A DNA stretch of 64,000 bases. Origin: Mobula hypostoma (Eukaryota). The notes under the pieces are model-generated. The model was not told where the DNA came from, did no database searches, and worked only from the letters and a program-made list of their open reading frames with translations. Shown piece after piece: positions 10,544-24,643 of the stretch. The stretch covers positions 29,700,001 to 29,764,000 of the forward strand of contig NC_086109.1 in the NCBI RefSeq assembly GCF_963921235.1, read 5' to 3'. The stretch's first letter is position 1; the number at the start of each line of letters is the position of its first letter. The position numbers and the translations under genes are program-made.

Positions 10544-13109
10544 GAATCAGAGGGGGTTTCTCTACCAGTTCAAAGAAAATGGACGTGTTAATTTTATGCC
10601 AGTTTTCTCAGTATCTGGATACACTTTAATGTTCCTTAAGCCACTATCCTATCTCCAACTGTTTACCAGATGAACAATGATTTCATAATCATAGCATGTC
10701 CAACACTTGAAGGAAGGTCACCACCAACTCCTCAATCAGTTGTGATTAACAATGCTATACTTGATAATGACACACACCATTCTGGATTGAATAAAGACAA
10801 AATCTGTTTATGATTATAGCTGATTTAAATTATCTTACATTTGCTGAGCAGATTCCACCATAAGTGGATTTTTTTGTATATAGTTGCAAGTTAATTCCAT
10901 TATTTAGCTTTCTAAATTGCAAACTGTTTACAATTTGATTTATCAAAGAAATTATTTAGAAGATGCAGCCAAACAACTAACAAAAAACTAAACCAAAATT
11001 TAAGTATTATTTTACAAAAATATTTAGTTGGGTTTTCCTAAGATGTAGCAACAGCGCAGGAAACCGAGGATTCCCATGTACAATTGCAGAAATCCTATCT
11101 GTAGTCTTGCCTTCAGCAAGAATGTGCAGCCCATGGTGAACCAAAACTGATTGTAACTCCAACCTGAGGACATTGTGAGGAACCTGGTGTCAGTGCTGAA
11201 CTTTTCCAACAGACTGTAGATTGAGAGGAAAGGCTGGGGAATTTATTTTTCTTCTGGCTCTTGCTGTGTTGCAAATTAACATGACGTTGAGTAGATGACA
11301 AGATGCCAGTGATGTCTGTGTTAGTCCCCAACAGGTACTTGCATGTGTAACTATCAGGAGAAAAACGTGATAATAGTTTCTAGACTGCTGGTGAACTCAA
11401 ACATTTTCCTCCATCAAAACATCTTTGCTGCGTTATTGTCTGAAAATGAAACTTTCTCTAGAACCTTCACCCAGTTCCATGTTCCTGATTGACGGACACA
11501 ACATTCATAAGTTGAACAACACAGCCCCTTATCTTTACCCGAAACCCAAACGTACTATCAACAAGACACACTGCTTCTACAGAAAGCTACTAAATGAAAT
11601 ACCCTACAGCATCAGCAGCAAAAATCTTAAGCAGGGCATCACACAGGTAACACTTATACCTCAATTCCCTAGCTCTTTCACTGCAGAATTAAATTTTGCA
11701 CCAGGTTAAACAAAGCATTGGTTCATTGACTCCATTAATTTCAATAGAGAGCAGTAGCTGCAAGAGAGAGATATAAGCTTTAGGTGATCCATAAGTTTTG
11801 TTTTTAAATTGCAGGTTTCCTTTACGTTATTACAGGTGTATTAGGTAGAATATGGAGCTCTCTGTGTGCTATTGGATTCCTCGCTCATTCACCTTATTGG
11901 GGACTTGTCCCCTCTTGTTGGGGCTGCCTTCCAGTATCGCTCCCAGGAATGCAAACTGGATTGCCTACATTTGCGGGTGCACTGCATGATATGAGGAACT
12001 GCTGTAGGCTGTTCTTGCGGAAACGTGGCTCCAGGAAAACATCTATACACCACCAATCGACAGGCCATGGCACTCGGGAACTTGGGCTATATTATTACTT
12101 TTTAAATATTATTTTTAGTAACTGTACATTTTTCTGCTATCCTAATTATATGTGCTATATGTGTCGTGTGCTGTGTGCGATTTTTGGATCTGTGTTTTGC
12201 ACCTTGGCTACGGAGGAATGCTGTTTGGTTTGACTGTATGGTTGAATGGTAATTAACTTGAATATGAACTTGAATTATTGAATCATTGAATGCATAGGAG
12301 GCTATTTTGTCCCTTGAGTTCCTAATGCTCCTTGTATCCGTTCAACCACATTCCTAGGATGTCCAGTAGCAATTATTTTTCCTCCAGTGCCTATTGATTT
12401 CCCTTCTGAAAGCCATGACAGAATGTGCTTTTGCTATAATTAGAGTCAATCAGTCCCAGAACATCAATACTCTTCACACTAAAAAAACATCACAGTGGCA
12501 ACTAGTTTGGTATCAAAAGTTTGGTAAGCACAAGCCAATTATGAATATATCCACTTGAAACTCACCGTTAGTGTTTTTTTCATCAATACAGTTGCGGCAG
12601 ATCAACCTTTAATCCTTCATTATTAAAGATTATTCCTTCAATGGCTAGTTCCTGCTCCATTCAACTAACTATCTGTACTGGTCTCCTTCTTCACAGTTTA
12701 TGACTAACTCAAGATTCATGCTGCAATTCATGGGGAAGTGAGCCAAAATGAATGTTTCTTTCCAGTTCCCAAGAAAATGCAACATAGTACATCTAGCAGT
12801 TGCAGTAGATGCTAGAGACAGGGCTAAGTCCTCTGTTAGGACCGCTAACTCCAACCCCTGCTTTCTTCCATCTTGTGCTGCAGGCTTGACACCTTTCTTT
12901 GCTTGCACAAGAGCCAGGGAGCAAGCAGTTAGTTCAGAACTTATGGGCACAAATCTCTCCACACAAACATTCCCTCCAAAAATCAAGATAGACCATCAGT
13001 TGTTGTTAATGGTTAGTTGTGTGTTGGAATTGATGTGGTTAGGATTCACTGACCTCTAAAGATCGACTGACACTACTTTCTGCTTTCTGCCCTGGCAGAA
13101 ACTCTCAGA

Positions 13110-14364
13110 CAACACATAAAAGTTGCTGGTGAACGCAGCAGGCCAGGCAGCATCTCTAGGAAGAGGTACAGTCGACATTTCGGGCCGAGACCCTTCGTCA
13201 GGACTAACTGAAAGCAGAGCTAGTAAGAGATTTGAAAGTGGGAGAGGGAGGGTGAGATCTGAAATGATAGGAGAAGGCAGGAGGGGGAATGATGGAGCCA
13301 AGAGCTGGACAGTTGATTGGCAAAAGGGATATGAGAGGATCATGGGACAGGAGGCCTAGGGAGAAAGAAAAGGAGGAGGGGGGGAAAAAGCCCAGAGGAT
13401 GGGCAAGGGGTATAGTGAGAAGGACAGAGGGAGAAAAAGGAGAGAGAGAAAAAGAATGTACGTTTATAAATAAATAACGGATAGTGTACAAGGGGGGAGG
13501 TGGGGCATTAGCGGAAGTTTGAGAAGGCAATGTTCATGCCATCAGGTTGGAGGCTACCCAGACGGAATATAAGGTGTTGTTCCTCCAACCTGAATGTGGC
13601 TTCATCTTTACAGTAGAGGAGGCCATGGATAGACATATCAGAATGGAAATAAGACGTGGAATTAAAATATGTGGCCACTGGGAGATCCTGTTTTCTCTGG
13701 CGGACAGAGCGTAGGTGTTCAGTCCACCACAGAAAGCAGGATCTCCCAGTGGCCACGCATTTTAATACCACGTCCCATTCCCATTCTGATATGTCTATCC
13801 ACAGCCTCCTCTACTGTAAAGATGAAGCCACACTCAGGTTGGAGGAACAACACCTTATATTCCGTCTGGGTAGCTTCCAACCTGATGGCATGAACATTGA
13901 CTTCTCAAACTTCCACTGATGCCCCACCTCCCCCTCATACCCCATCTGTTATTTATTTATAAACGCACATTCTTTTTCTCTCTCTCCTTTTTCTCCCTCT
14001 GTCCTTCTCACTATACCCCTTGCCCATCCTCTGGGCTTTTTCCCCACCTCCCCCTTTTCTTTCTCCCTAGGCCTCCCATCCCATGATCCTCTCCCTTCTC
14101 CAGCTCTGTATCCCATTTGCCAATCAACTCTCCAGCTCTTGGCTCCATTCTTCCCCCTCCTGTCTTCTCCTATCATTTCGGATCTCCCCCTCCCCCTCCC
14201 ACTTCTAAATCTCTTACTAGCTCTTCTTTCAGTTAGTCCTGACGAAGGGTCTCGGCCCGAAATGTTGACTGTACCTCTTCCTAGGGATGCTGCCTGGCCT
14301 GAAACAACTTTTCTGTGTGTTGCTTGAAATTCCAGCATCTGCAGATCTCCTCATGTTTGCGTTT
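13110..14364 (+). mobile_element. Penelope-like element with ~610-bp inverted arms (GIY-YIG C-terminus plus terminal repeat)
   Basis: Arms 13110-13721 (minus) and 13722-14330 (plus). Both encode DLPVATxFN...RLEEQHLIFRLGSxQPDGMNI. TSD agaa(a/t)ctctcaga at 13097-13109 and 14365-14377. Confidence 0.92.
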
Positions 14365-15200
14365 AGAATCTCTCAGATATCCTTTTTGATAATTTTGTCT
14401 ATCAGCCACCTGAAGACTTGACTTAGTTGGGTGTCAAATATATTTTATCATATCTGTGGCTGTCCTAGTTCTGTCAAGCAACTCATTTATTGACCTTTGT
14501 GATGAAGTCAAAGCCAGGTTTATTAAGGAAATGGTTATTAAAGCATACAGTATGTAAAATGTATATTTGGATATTCAAGCCAGATGAATGGCAAATAGAG
14601 AGATGACTCATTGGCGACTGATAATTCTGGGCTAAAGTATTTTGTTAGCCTTTTAATTAACAAATCAGAAAAAAAACTCAGTAGCTTACATATGATATTA
14701 TTTGACAACAATGAAATATAAAATTCTGTCTCATCGACCTTTTTGAATTTGACTGAACCATTTTCACAAACATTTTTTTCTTCAGGGCAGCATCGTGATT
14801 CATTAAGAAACATGCAATTGAGCAGCTCAGCAAAGGAATGCCTTGATTCTTAGCAACACTGATAATCCTAAAAGACTGCATTCTTCAAGAGCTGAATTCT
14901 TTAGCTTGTTTATGTTTTCTGGTGAACTTTTAGAGATGACTAAACTCAGCACTTTCAAATTAAGAGAGTTGTTTGAAAACATAATTTTCCTTTCATCAAA
15001 ATGTTAAATATGCTTGGGTCCAATATGATACAATGAGAAACTTTAATTTTATTTTCAGAAGTGTGATGATAGAGTTTCTGCTTTCAGTACAAATAACTGT
15101 ATGCAAACAGTACCAAACTTTGGGCCTGTTTAAAGCAACATTTTCCTTTCTCATTTCCTCAATTTATTTGAGTATGATATTACTAGTTACAGTATATGCT

Positions 15201-16770
15201 TTTTGTGTATTTAATATTTCAGTTTATTTGAGTAATCTTGTATATATATATTTTGATTAAGCATTCTTGTTTGTTTGAATAATCCATTATGGGTTATATG
15301 TATAAATATGTGAATTGTACACATTATCACGCTACCACGCTTAAAGTAAGCTTAAAGTTACACCCTCATTTCATTTAAATTAGTCCAATGTTTTGAAGTT
15401 ACAAAACATAACATTAGTGACAAGAATAGGATCTCCAATAAAATTATAGTTCTTTCAGCCAATCACACCACCACAAAGCTGGTCCTCCTGTTTTTACCAA
15501 ATACAAACTCAATGTGACTTGTTGGTTGCTGAATCTCACAGTTACGAATGTTATTCCCACAGGAGTTATTTCTTCTCCAGTATAAGTTCTTAGTTTAATA
15601 TCTGCAGACTTCAGTGTGGTATCTTTGAAATGCCATTCAAACTCATTTTGTTGAATGATTGAAAGAGATGAATCAGTATGTAACTACATTTTAATTAATT
15701 TGTGTACTCTTCTGCTGTAAGCCATATTGCTTGTCTAATGGTAAGTTTCACATTGTAAATCTCAAGGTTACACAGTCCTGTGCTACTCTAATCATTATCA
15801 GATTTTTCATCAACAACATGCAGATTAGTGCGTTTTTTAAAACTGCAACTTGACTTTTATCTTTTTCTCTTCCTTGTGCAGTCCATTTATTTGTGTCTGC
15901 CTGGCATACTCTTTGTATATGTCCTACATTGTTGCTTTTTCTGCAAGTTTCACCATTAAAATTTACTTGATCTGGTGTATGTGAGCCCCTGCTACAATAG
16001 TAACACAGTGCATGCTATTTGCTATTCATATTTAGTGAAAACTACAGAACAGGATCAACTCTTGTCCATGTGTTAGGATTCTCCTCTAAATGAGTTTAAA
16101 CTTCTTGATCTAGTCATTATTGTGCACTTCCTCCATGGTACATGCAATCTACTACATGGTCCAGGAGTTTTATATCAAGCTTCTGAGTGAAATCCAGCAG
16201 CTGATGAGCTGCATGATCTGCTGAAATTGTTATTATGGCAGTCTCAGAGTTAACCCCTACAACCTCCATGGAGAAGATCCCAGAACCTGAGGTAGTTTCT
16301 CAGCCGCAAGTCTCACCTGCCAAGCAGAGGGACCCCCTTGTCAGGAAAGACGTTATTCCTCAAGAGTAAGAAAGCCTCCTCAGGGATTAAATCTTTTGGC
16401 CTGAGTGGGTCAATTTAAAATTTACTACGCTGTAGGTACCTACATATTGTAGTTGTATTATATAGCATGTTGTGTACATAGTTGAGATTCATTCTATTGA
16501 ATTGGAGTTTATAGCTAAGCAGGGAGACACGTTGTGTATTTAATATGTCAGTTACATTTGAGTAATTTTGTGTATATATTGGTTGATTAGGCATTCTTGT
16601 ACATTTAAATAATCCATTATGGGTTATATGTATAAATATGTGAATCGCATACACTACCACGTGTTACGTGCACACCTCACTTAAAGTAAACTCAAAGTTA
16701 GACCTGCATTTCAGACCCCTGTGTCTTTGTTTGAATTATATTAATGTTTTTTGAAGTTACAAACATAACA
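15201..16770 (+). mobile_element. Deleted and rearranged Gypsy LTR retrotransposon with two LTRs
   Basis: Direct repeats 15201-15413 and 16530-16770 (ttgtgtatttaatat...gaagttacaaa(a)cataaca). PBS-like ttagtgacaag follows LTR1 and a purine tract aagcagggag precedes LTR2. Decayed gag/protease on the minus strand at about 15430-16010 (KLRTYTGEEITPVG). Confidence 0.8.
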
Positions 16771-19486
16771 TTGTTAACCCCTGCAATTGACCAAGGCTCC
16801 CAAATAGAATTAAGAACTACTCCTTATTACGTTTGTTTGTTTTGAACAAGATAAAATGTTTTATTTATAAGGAAGAGCTTTAATCCGTATCCAGTAAATT
16901 AACCCAATGTTATATAACTTGAAATGGACTTCATAAACCCCAGTGCATGTTAGTCATATTGATTACAACTGTCATTTTTTGAATAATTCAAACAATAAAT
17001 TCTCTTTGAGTTTTCAAAACATACCTATTTGTCTTTTAGTGTCTAAATAAATATAATTTTATGAATCTCCCTCAGCCCACATTGGCACAATGGTGATTAA
17101 CTTGATCTGGGGTCATGGCTAGACTTGGTGGGTGTGCCCAGCCTCCAGCACAGTTTTTTCAGATCCAGCACAGTTTTTTCAGACTATGGCAAATGCTGAT
17201 GGAATTTTGGTCCACATTGGCTATAACTTACCCTTAAAATACCATAAGATTTCTGATCTTCTCAACAGATTTTGGAGCCACATAATGAGAAAAAGATCAC
17301 AATCTTATAAAAATCCTTTTCAACCAACTTTATCAACTATTTGTGTTGAATTTGGTTTTCATTCTATAGATTATGATGTCAGATTTTCTATTGTAAATGT
17401 GATGATATGTGCCAGAAACATCAGCAGTTATAGGCTGGCTATAGGAGACCAACAATTCAGCCACTGGTTCTTGAAAGATTCCTCAGGAGGACATTCAAAA
17501 GACAAGTTCACTGTTACATAGTTCACTATTAATACACGGATTGGTATCCCACATCATATATTAGAGACCAATTGGAATCTTGAAGTAAATATGGATGCAG
17601 TACACAATATATGCCTCAGTATTATAATCAAATTGTAAAGCAAACAACAACATGAAGAAAATGAAGACACAAAAGAATGCAGATGACTAATCTGGAGCAA
17701 CAAAGAATCTGCTGGAGGAACTCTGGGGGAAGCAGATTCTGTGGAAGGAAATGGACAGTCAATGCTTCAGGTTGAGACCTCTAAGTAGGACTTTCCATTT
17801 CCAGCCTTGTGCAGCATAAAAGACACTAATATTTTTATTGCTCGGGTTTTAGTTTAAATTTATTTGGATTCCAGAAAATATCATTGTATTTGAGAAATAC
17901 AGTCTAGCCCCACAAATTTACAAAGAATAAATTTTGAGAGATTAGCCAGGAGAGGATTGGAATAATCATCTCTATAGGAAACAAGGACATCAATGAGGTA
18001 TTTGGCATTGCTTAAGCTGAGTCAGGAATGCGCTTCTTTACAGGGTCCCAAAAGATGATATAACATGCTTATTTCACTTCTACAGAGAAAGTTGAAGAAA
18101 GGATAGTCTACCTGGGCTACATCTATGGTGACTATAACAAAGTATAGCATTGTCTGTGTCGGTATGAGTACAATTTTTTCTTGAATATCTGCCATGAAAT
18201 ATGATAGTGTTTATGAATATTTGTCATTTTACAAAACCTTCCTGACACACAGGATGGACGTCCCTTCCTGTCGGACTAACACTGGAACTCTCTTGGACCT
18301 CCAGTCCCACACTTTGTCTTTCACATATCTTCATCCCTGGCTGTGATTCTCTTACGAGAGCCTAGTGTTTTTGTGACCTGAAAAGGCAGTCTTCCAAGAC
18401 AGCTGCAGCACCAGCATATCAATGAGGCACAGATCTGCCTGTGCTCTACTTAAACTGACCATTAGCCCAGTAATTCAATAATTTTGTAAGTTTTGGAGCA
18501 ACACTATCCCAATTATTCAGGTCTGTAGCACTGTAGCACTTATGTTACTGAGTACACAACTTCTTCAGCAGTATGGTTGGACTCCCTGATGTTTATTATA
18601 CCTTGAAGTTAAACAATTGATTTAAAAAAAGTAGTTTGGTCAGTTAACAGTAAGCAGAAAAGAAACTAAATAAACACAAGAAATTCTGTAGATGACAGAA
18701 ATCCAAAGCAACACACATAAGAAACTACCTGCATTGCTGTTGGTTCTTCTCATCAATGTTTGCACTTGTTTGGTGAGAAGCTCCTCTCACTATCCATTTA
18801 TGTCAACAATATCACATCTTTAATGTCCATCAAAAACTTAATTAACTTGCCAAAGATTCAATTACCTTGCTTTGCATGAATCATCCAACACAATGATGAG
18901 ACCCATTCTTGATGCTTTCATCTAAATTGGTAAATAGGTTTATTGTTGTTGCATGTACTAAGATACAGTGAAGACTTGTCTTGCCTGCTCGGCATACAGA
19001 TCAATTCATTGCAACAGTGCATTGAAGTAGTACAAAGTAAAACAATAACAAACTGAAGAATGAAGTGTTGCAGTTACTGAGAACATGCAGTGCAGATGGA
19101 AATAAGTGCAACCTCATATTGTGGTAGAATGTGAGATCGAGAGTCCATTGAGGTAGGTTATGAGTTCAAAAGTATTACAGAACCATTTAGTAGCCTTAAA
19201 ACAGTGGGATAGATGCCATTACCAACAAGAGAAAATCTGTAGATGCTGAAGTCCAAGCAAAACACACACAAAATGTTGGAGGAACTCAGCAATCCAGACA
19301 GCATCTATGGAAAAAAGTACAGTCGATGTTTCAGGCCGAGATCCTTCAGCAAGCTACTCTTGAGCTTGGTAGTACGTGCTTTCAGGATTTTGTTTATTCT
19401 GACCAGTTTTAAACTGTCCTATCCATTCTGAACAAGCTACAGTATGTCAGCATTAAGGATAGCTGAATGTCCGAAGGAGGCAAAAG

Positions 19487-21840
19487 AATTGAATTGAATT
19501 GACTTTATTTCTTACATCCTTCACAGACATGAGGAGTAAAAATCTTTAAGTTACATCTCTGTCTAAGTGTGAAGTGTGCAATCATAGTAATTTATAATAA
19601 TTTATAATAAATAGAACAGTTAATGTAATATAGAGTACACTCAAATCAGTGTGAGTTAATCAGTCTGATGGACTGGTGGAAGAAGCTGTCCCAGAGCCTG
19701 CTGGTCCTGGCTATTATGCTGTGATACCGTTTCCTGGGTGGTAGCAGCTGGAATAGAATGATCCTATGGGCCCTTTTTACACACCTGTCCTTGTAAATGT
19801 CCTGAATCATGGAAAGTTCACAACTACAAAAGGTTCAAAGAGTTAGGTAATGTTAGGGATCTAGAAGATTATAAGGCTAACAGGAAGGAGCTTAAAAAGG
19901 AAATTAGGATGAGAAGGCCTTGGCTGGCAGGATTATGAAAAACTCCAAGGCAATCTAATCTACAAGTATGTAAAGAGCAAAAGGATAAGACGTGAAAGAA
20001 TAGGACCTATCAAGTGTGTCAGTGGGAAAGTGTGTATGGAACCAGGGGAAATAGCAGTGGTACTTAATGAATACTTTACTTCAGTATTCACTATGGAAAA
20101 GGATCTTGGTGATTGTAGTGCTGACTTGCAGCAGACTGTAAAGCTTGAGCATTTAGATATTAAGAAAGAGGATGTGCTGGAGCTTTTGGAAAGCATCAAC
20201 TTGGATATGTCGCCGGGACCAGATGAGATGTACCCCAGGCTATTGTGGAAGGCGAGAGAGGAGATTGCTGAGCCTCTGGTGATGATTTTTGAATCATCAA
20301 TGGGGACAGGAGAGGTTCCGGAGGATTGGAGGGTTGTGTATGTTGTTCCGTTATTCAAGAAAGGGAGTAGAGATAACCCAGGAAATTATAGACCAGTGAG
20401 TCTGACTTCAGTGGTTGGTAAGTTGATGGAGAAGATCCTGAGAGGAAGGATTTATGAACATAAAGAGGTATAATATGATGCCACAAAGTTTGGAGGTGTT
20501 GTGCATTGTGTGGAGGGCTGTCAGAGGTCATAGTGGGACATTGATAGGATGCAAAACTGGGCTGAGAAGTGGTAGATGGATTTCAAACTAGATAAGTGTG
20601 AAGTGGTTCATTTTGGTACATCAAATATGATGGCAGAATGTAGTATTAATGGTAAGACTCTTGGCAGTGTGGAGGATCAGAGCGATCTTGGGGTCCAAGT
20701 CCATAGGACGCTTAGAGCAGCTGCGCAGGTTGACGCTGTGAATAAGAAGGCATATGGTGTATTGGCCTTCATTAACCATAGAATTGAATTTAGGAGCTGA
20801 GAGGTAATGTTGCAGCAATATAGGACCCTGGTTAGACCCGACTTGGAGTACTGTGCTCAGTTCTGGTCACCCACTACTGGAAGGATGTGGAAACCATACA
20901 TAGGGTGCACAGGAGATTTACAAGGATGTTGCCTGGATTGGGGAGCATGCCTTATGAAAACAGGTTGAGTGAACTCGGCCTTTTTTCCTTGGAGCGTTGG
21001 AGGATGAGTGGTGACCTGATAGAGGTGTATAAGATGATGAGAGGCATTGATCGTGTGGGTAGTCAGAGGCTTTTTCCCAGGGCTGAAATGGTTGCCACAA
21101 GAGGATACAGGTTTAAGGTGCTGGGGAGTAGGTACAGAGCTGATGTCAGGGGTCAGTTTTTTACTCAGAGAGTGGTGAGTGCATGGAATGGGCTGCCAGC
21201 AACGGTGGTGGAGGCGGATACGATAGGGTCTTTTAAGAGACTTTTGGATAGGTACATGAAGCTTAGTAAAATAGAGCTCTATCGGGAAGTCTAGTAATTT
21301 CTAAGGTAGGGACATGTTCGGCACAACTTTGTGGGCCGAAGGGCCTGTATTGTGCTGTAGGTTTTCTACATTTTGATGTTTCTACGTTTCTATGTTTCTA
21401 CAGATGTACTGGGCTGTCTGCACTACTCTCTGCAGAGTCCTGCAATTAAGGGAGGTACAGTTCCTATACCAGGTAGTGATGCAGCCAGTCAGGATGCTCT
21501 CAATTGTGCCCCTGTAGAAAGTTCTTAGGATTTGGGGGCCCATACCAAACTTCCTCAACTGTCTGAGGTGAAAGAGGCACTGTTGTGCCTTTTTCACCAC
21601 ACAGCTGGTGCATACAGACCATGTGAGGTTCTCAGTGATGTGGATGCTGAGGAACTAAAAGCTGTTTACCCTTTCAGCCCCAGATCCATTGATGTCAATA
21701 GAGGTTAGCCCACCTCCATTCCTACTGTAATCCATAACCAGCTCTTTTGTTTTTCTGACATTGAGGGAGAGGTCGTTTTCTTGACACCACTGTGTCAGAG
21801 AGATGACTGCTTTCCTGTAGGCCACCTCTTTATTGTTTGA
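19487..21840 (-). mobile_element. Rex1/Babar LINE 3' portion interrupted by a CR1
   Basis: ORF 21382-21600 VKKAQQCLFHLRQLRKFG...FYRGTIESILTGCITTWY; (aattg)n tail at 19487-19501. Confidence 0.85.
19829..21400 (+). mobile_element. CR1 LINE, truncated and internally deleted
   Basis: ORFs 20030-20473 (SPGPDEMYP, VVPLFKKG, NYRPVSLTS), 20576-20800 and 20887-21294; (tttctatg)n tail. The RT core between NYRPVSL and the ADD motif is missing. Confidence 0.93.
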
Positions 21841-22074
21841 GACAAAGAGTAAGTAGATGAATGCATGGATCCTTGTACGGCTTTGGATATAGTGGGAAGA
21901 GTAATTTCCATTGAAAAATGTTTTCTAAATGTCAGCCAAATAGAGGTAATTGTACCTTTCTGCAAACACTGGATGTAGTTGCATTAAATCCCACTTAGAT
22001 AAGGTCATGCATGAATCATGATGTATTGATCAATATCGAAGTACACACAATCAACTGTATCCATCTGTAAAAAG

Positions 22075-22076
<2 letters not shown>

Positions 22077-22129
<53 letters not shown>

Positions 22130-22133
22130 ACAC
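22077..22133. repeat. (CA)n microsatellite
   Basis: Directly visible. Confidence 0.98.
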
Positions 22134-24332
22134 ATCAAAATGGCAATAAGATAATTGCAGAAGTTGTCCTGAAGAAGGATTTCAGCCCGAACCGTTGACT
22201 GTTACTATTTTCCATAGGTGCTGCCTGACCTGCAGAGTTCCTCCAGCGATCGGTGTGTGTGCTTTGGATTTCCAGTATCTGCAGACTTTCTCATGTTTAT
22301 AAGATGAATGCCAGTAGTTTCATTAAGTCTATCCCTAAACCAGGATTTTGTGACAAGCTTGAAGGTTATGTAGAAAAACAACATAAAACGCTTCTTTAGT
22401 GAACTGTTTGACTGCATTGTTCCTTCGATATTTAGATCCCAGAGCCAACTGGTTAGCTTATTCTTTTAACACACAAAGGGTGTACATGAACAGACCATGG
22501 TATACCTACACTGCTAGCACCACTACTGTGCATCGCTTTACACTCCAGCTGAACTGAGTGTTTTATGTTTATGATTTCTGTAGAAAGCATTCTTTCAGCA
22601 GTGAGTTGGGAGGTGGAATGGGAGAAGTATCTGATCTGATCATAAACAGCCAATGGTACTGTAGTCAGGTGCAAAGGACAGCAAGGACTTTGTAATTGGT
22701 TTTGAATAGTGATATTATGCTTTCTACTCAGTTTATTGAAATGTTGTGACATGTGCAAAAATACTGCTGTGGTAATGGTTAATGTGTCAAGAATGTGGTA
22801 AACAACTTGATTAAAGCTGGTTGCTATAGTGATTTGTAGTGCAACAGGAAGTACTTACCAGAGGGGAAAAAAGTTGTTTGATCATGTGTTTAGAAGGATA
22901 TTTTGCATAATGAAACAAGTGCCTTCAATGTATTGATTGGATCTAAACAATGTAATAAACTCGTGTTGCGTAACAGGTTCAGCAAATAATGCTTCGCACA
23001 CTGACTCAGTAAACAGGGCTGAGAAGAAACTACAACTTCTCTCAATAAACAGAAGGGTAATTATGATAAGTGCTGGGTAGTTCCATAAAGTTCAGTCCTT
23101 CAGTTCAAATGAGGCGTTGTTGCTTCCTGCTCATCTGATCTATGCAGACACCAAACTTAATCAAGCAGCTCCACGAATCTTAGAAGAGTGTTGACACTAC
23201 ACGTGACATTATGATATTTTAGCTTGACTGTTGTATAAAATCAAGAAAAGCAAAATGCACAAAATAACTAAAGAGCAATAATACTCTGCCATTAAATTTG
23301 GGTTATATTCCAAGAGTGTCAGTGCTTTGTTTTGTGAACTAAAATGTCTCATTTGTTACCTAAGTTGAAACAGCAATCAGTGCAGTTTGGAAGCAGAAGA
23401 GATTGCAGATGCTAAAGGATGGAGCAGAAGTTAAACTGCTGGAGGAAATCCGTAGGTCAAACAACATTTTTGGAGACAAGGGGACAGCCAAAGTTTCTTG
23501 TTAAGACTCAGGACTAATGCAGGGTCTTGACCCAATTATTGGCCATCCGTTTCCTTCCATAGATACTGCTTGACCTGTTGAGCAAAAGGCAGAGAACATG
23601 AAACAGCACAGCACAGGAACACAGCCTTTGGCCCACAATGTTTGTGACAAATATTGCTGAAGTAAACTATATATTTTCTGCCTGTACATGTTCTATATCC
23701 CTCTGTTCCCTACATATTCATGCACTATCAAAAGTCTCTTAAACAGCCCTATCATTTCTGCTTTAATCACCATCCCTTACAGTCCATTCCAGGTACCAGT
23801 CTCTCTCTGTGTAACAAAAAAAAATTGCCCTGCATATTTCCTCTATATACTCCCGTTCTCACCTTAAATAAAAATCTTCTAGTATTTGACATGCCTGCTG
23901 AAATGCTGAGATCCTCCAGCAATTTCTGTTTTGCAGCTGGTACAATCTGTCATGGCATATAAATTATAATGTTGAGAAAGAAATATCCCAAGAGAATTCA
24001 TGGAGGAGCAATCGGAAAATGAAATAATGCTGACCCAAAGAATGTAGCAGGTGTAAAAGGGAGCAATCAAAAACCTTGGTCAAACAGATGGGTTTTAAGG
24101 AGAGCTTTAAGTCAGGAGAAGAATGTAATTGGTTAACAAGGAGTTAAGATGGACTTTCCAAAGGTTGAAAGTATGAGCTATACTTCTGGGAAAATCTGGT
24201 GGAATGTTAGCAATGTGGAAGTGTGAACATAGAGATCAGAAACACTTCCAATCATTCAACAGATGAGGATGTCCATGCCATCTAGTTCAAGTTCAGGCTT
24301 AATTATCCTTCAGCCATACACGAATACCCATG

Positions 24333-24643
24333 ATAATAATATAATAAGCATCCGTTAGTCTCGTGAGAACATGGATTTGCGCCTTGGAAGGTTTCCAGGG
24401 CGCAGGCCTGGCAAGATTGTATGGAAGACTGGCAGTTGCCCATGCTGCAAGTCTCCCCTCTCCATACCACCAATGTTGTCCAAGGGAAGGGCACTAGGGC
24501 TGACACAGCTTGGCACTGGTGTCGTCACAGAGCACTGTGTGGTTAAGAGCCTTGCTCAAGGACACAACACGCTGCCTCAGCTGAGGCTCAAACTAGCGAC
24601 CTTCAGATCACTAGACCGATGCCTTAACCACTTGGCCACGCAC
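24333..24643 (-). mobile_element. tRNA-derived SINE with RTE-like body and tail
   Basis: Minus strand begins gtggccaagtggttaagg (A box)...gtttgagcc (B box) and ends in (tat)n; homologous copies at 34000-34287 and 41185-41492. Confidence 0.85.

Noticed and set aside
17132..17521. 129-aa ORF in AT-rich sequence
   Set aside because: No recognisable homology or convincing splice pair; possibly an old LINE remnant.
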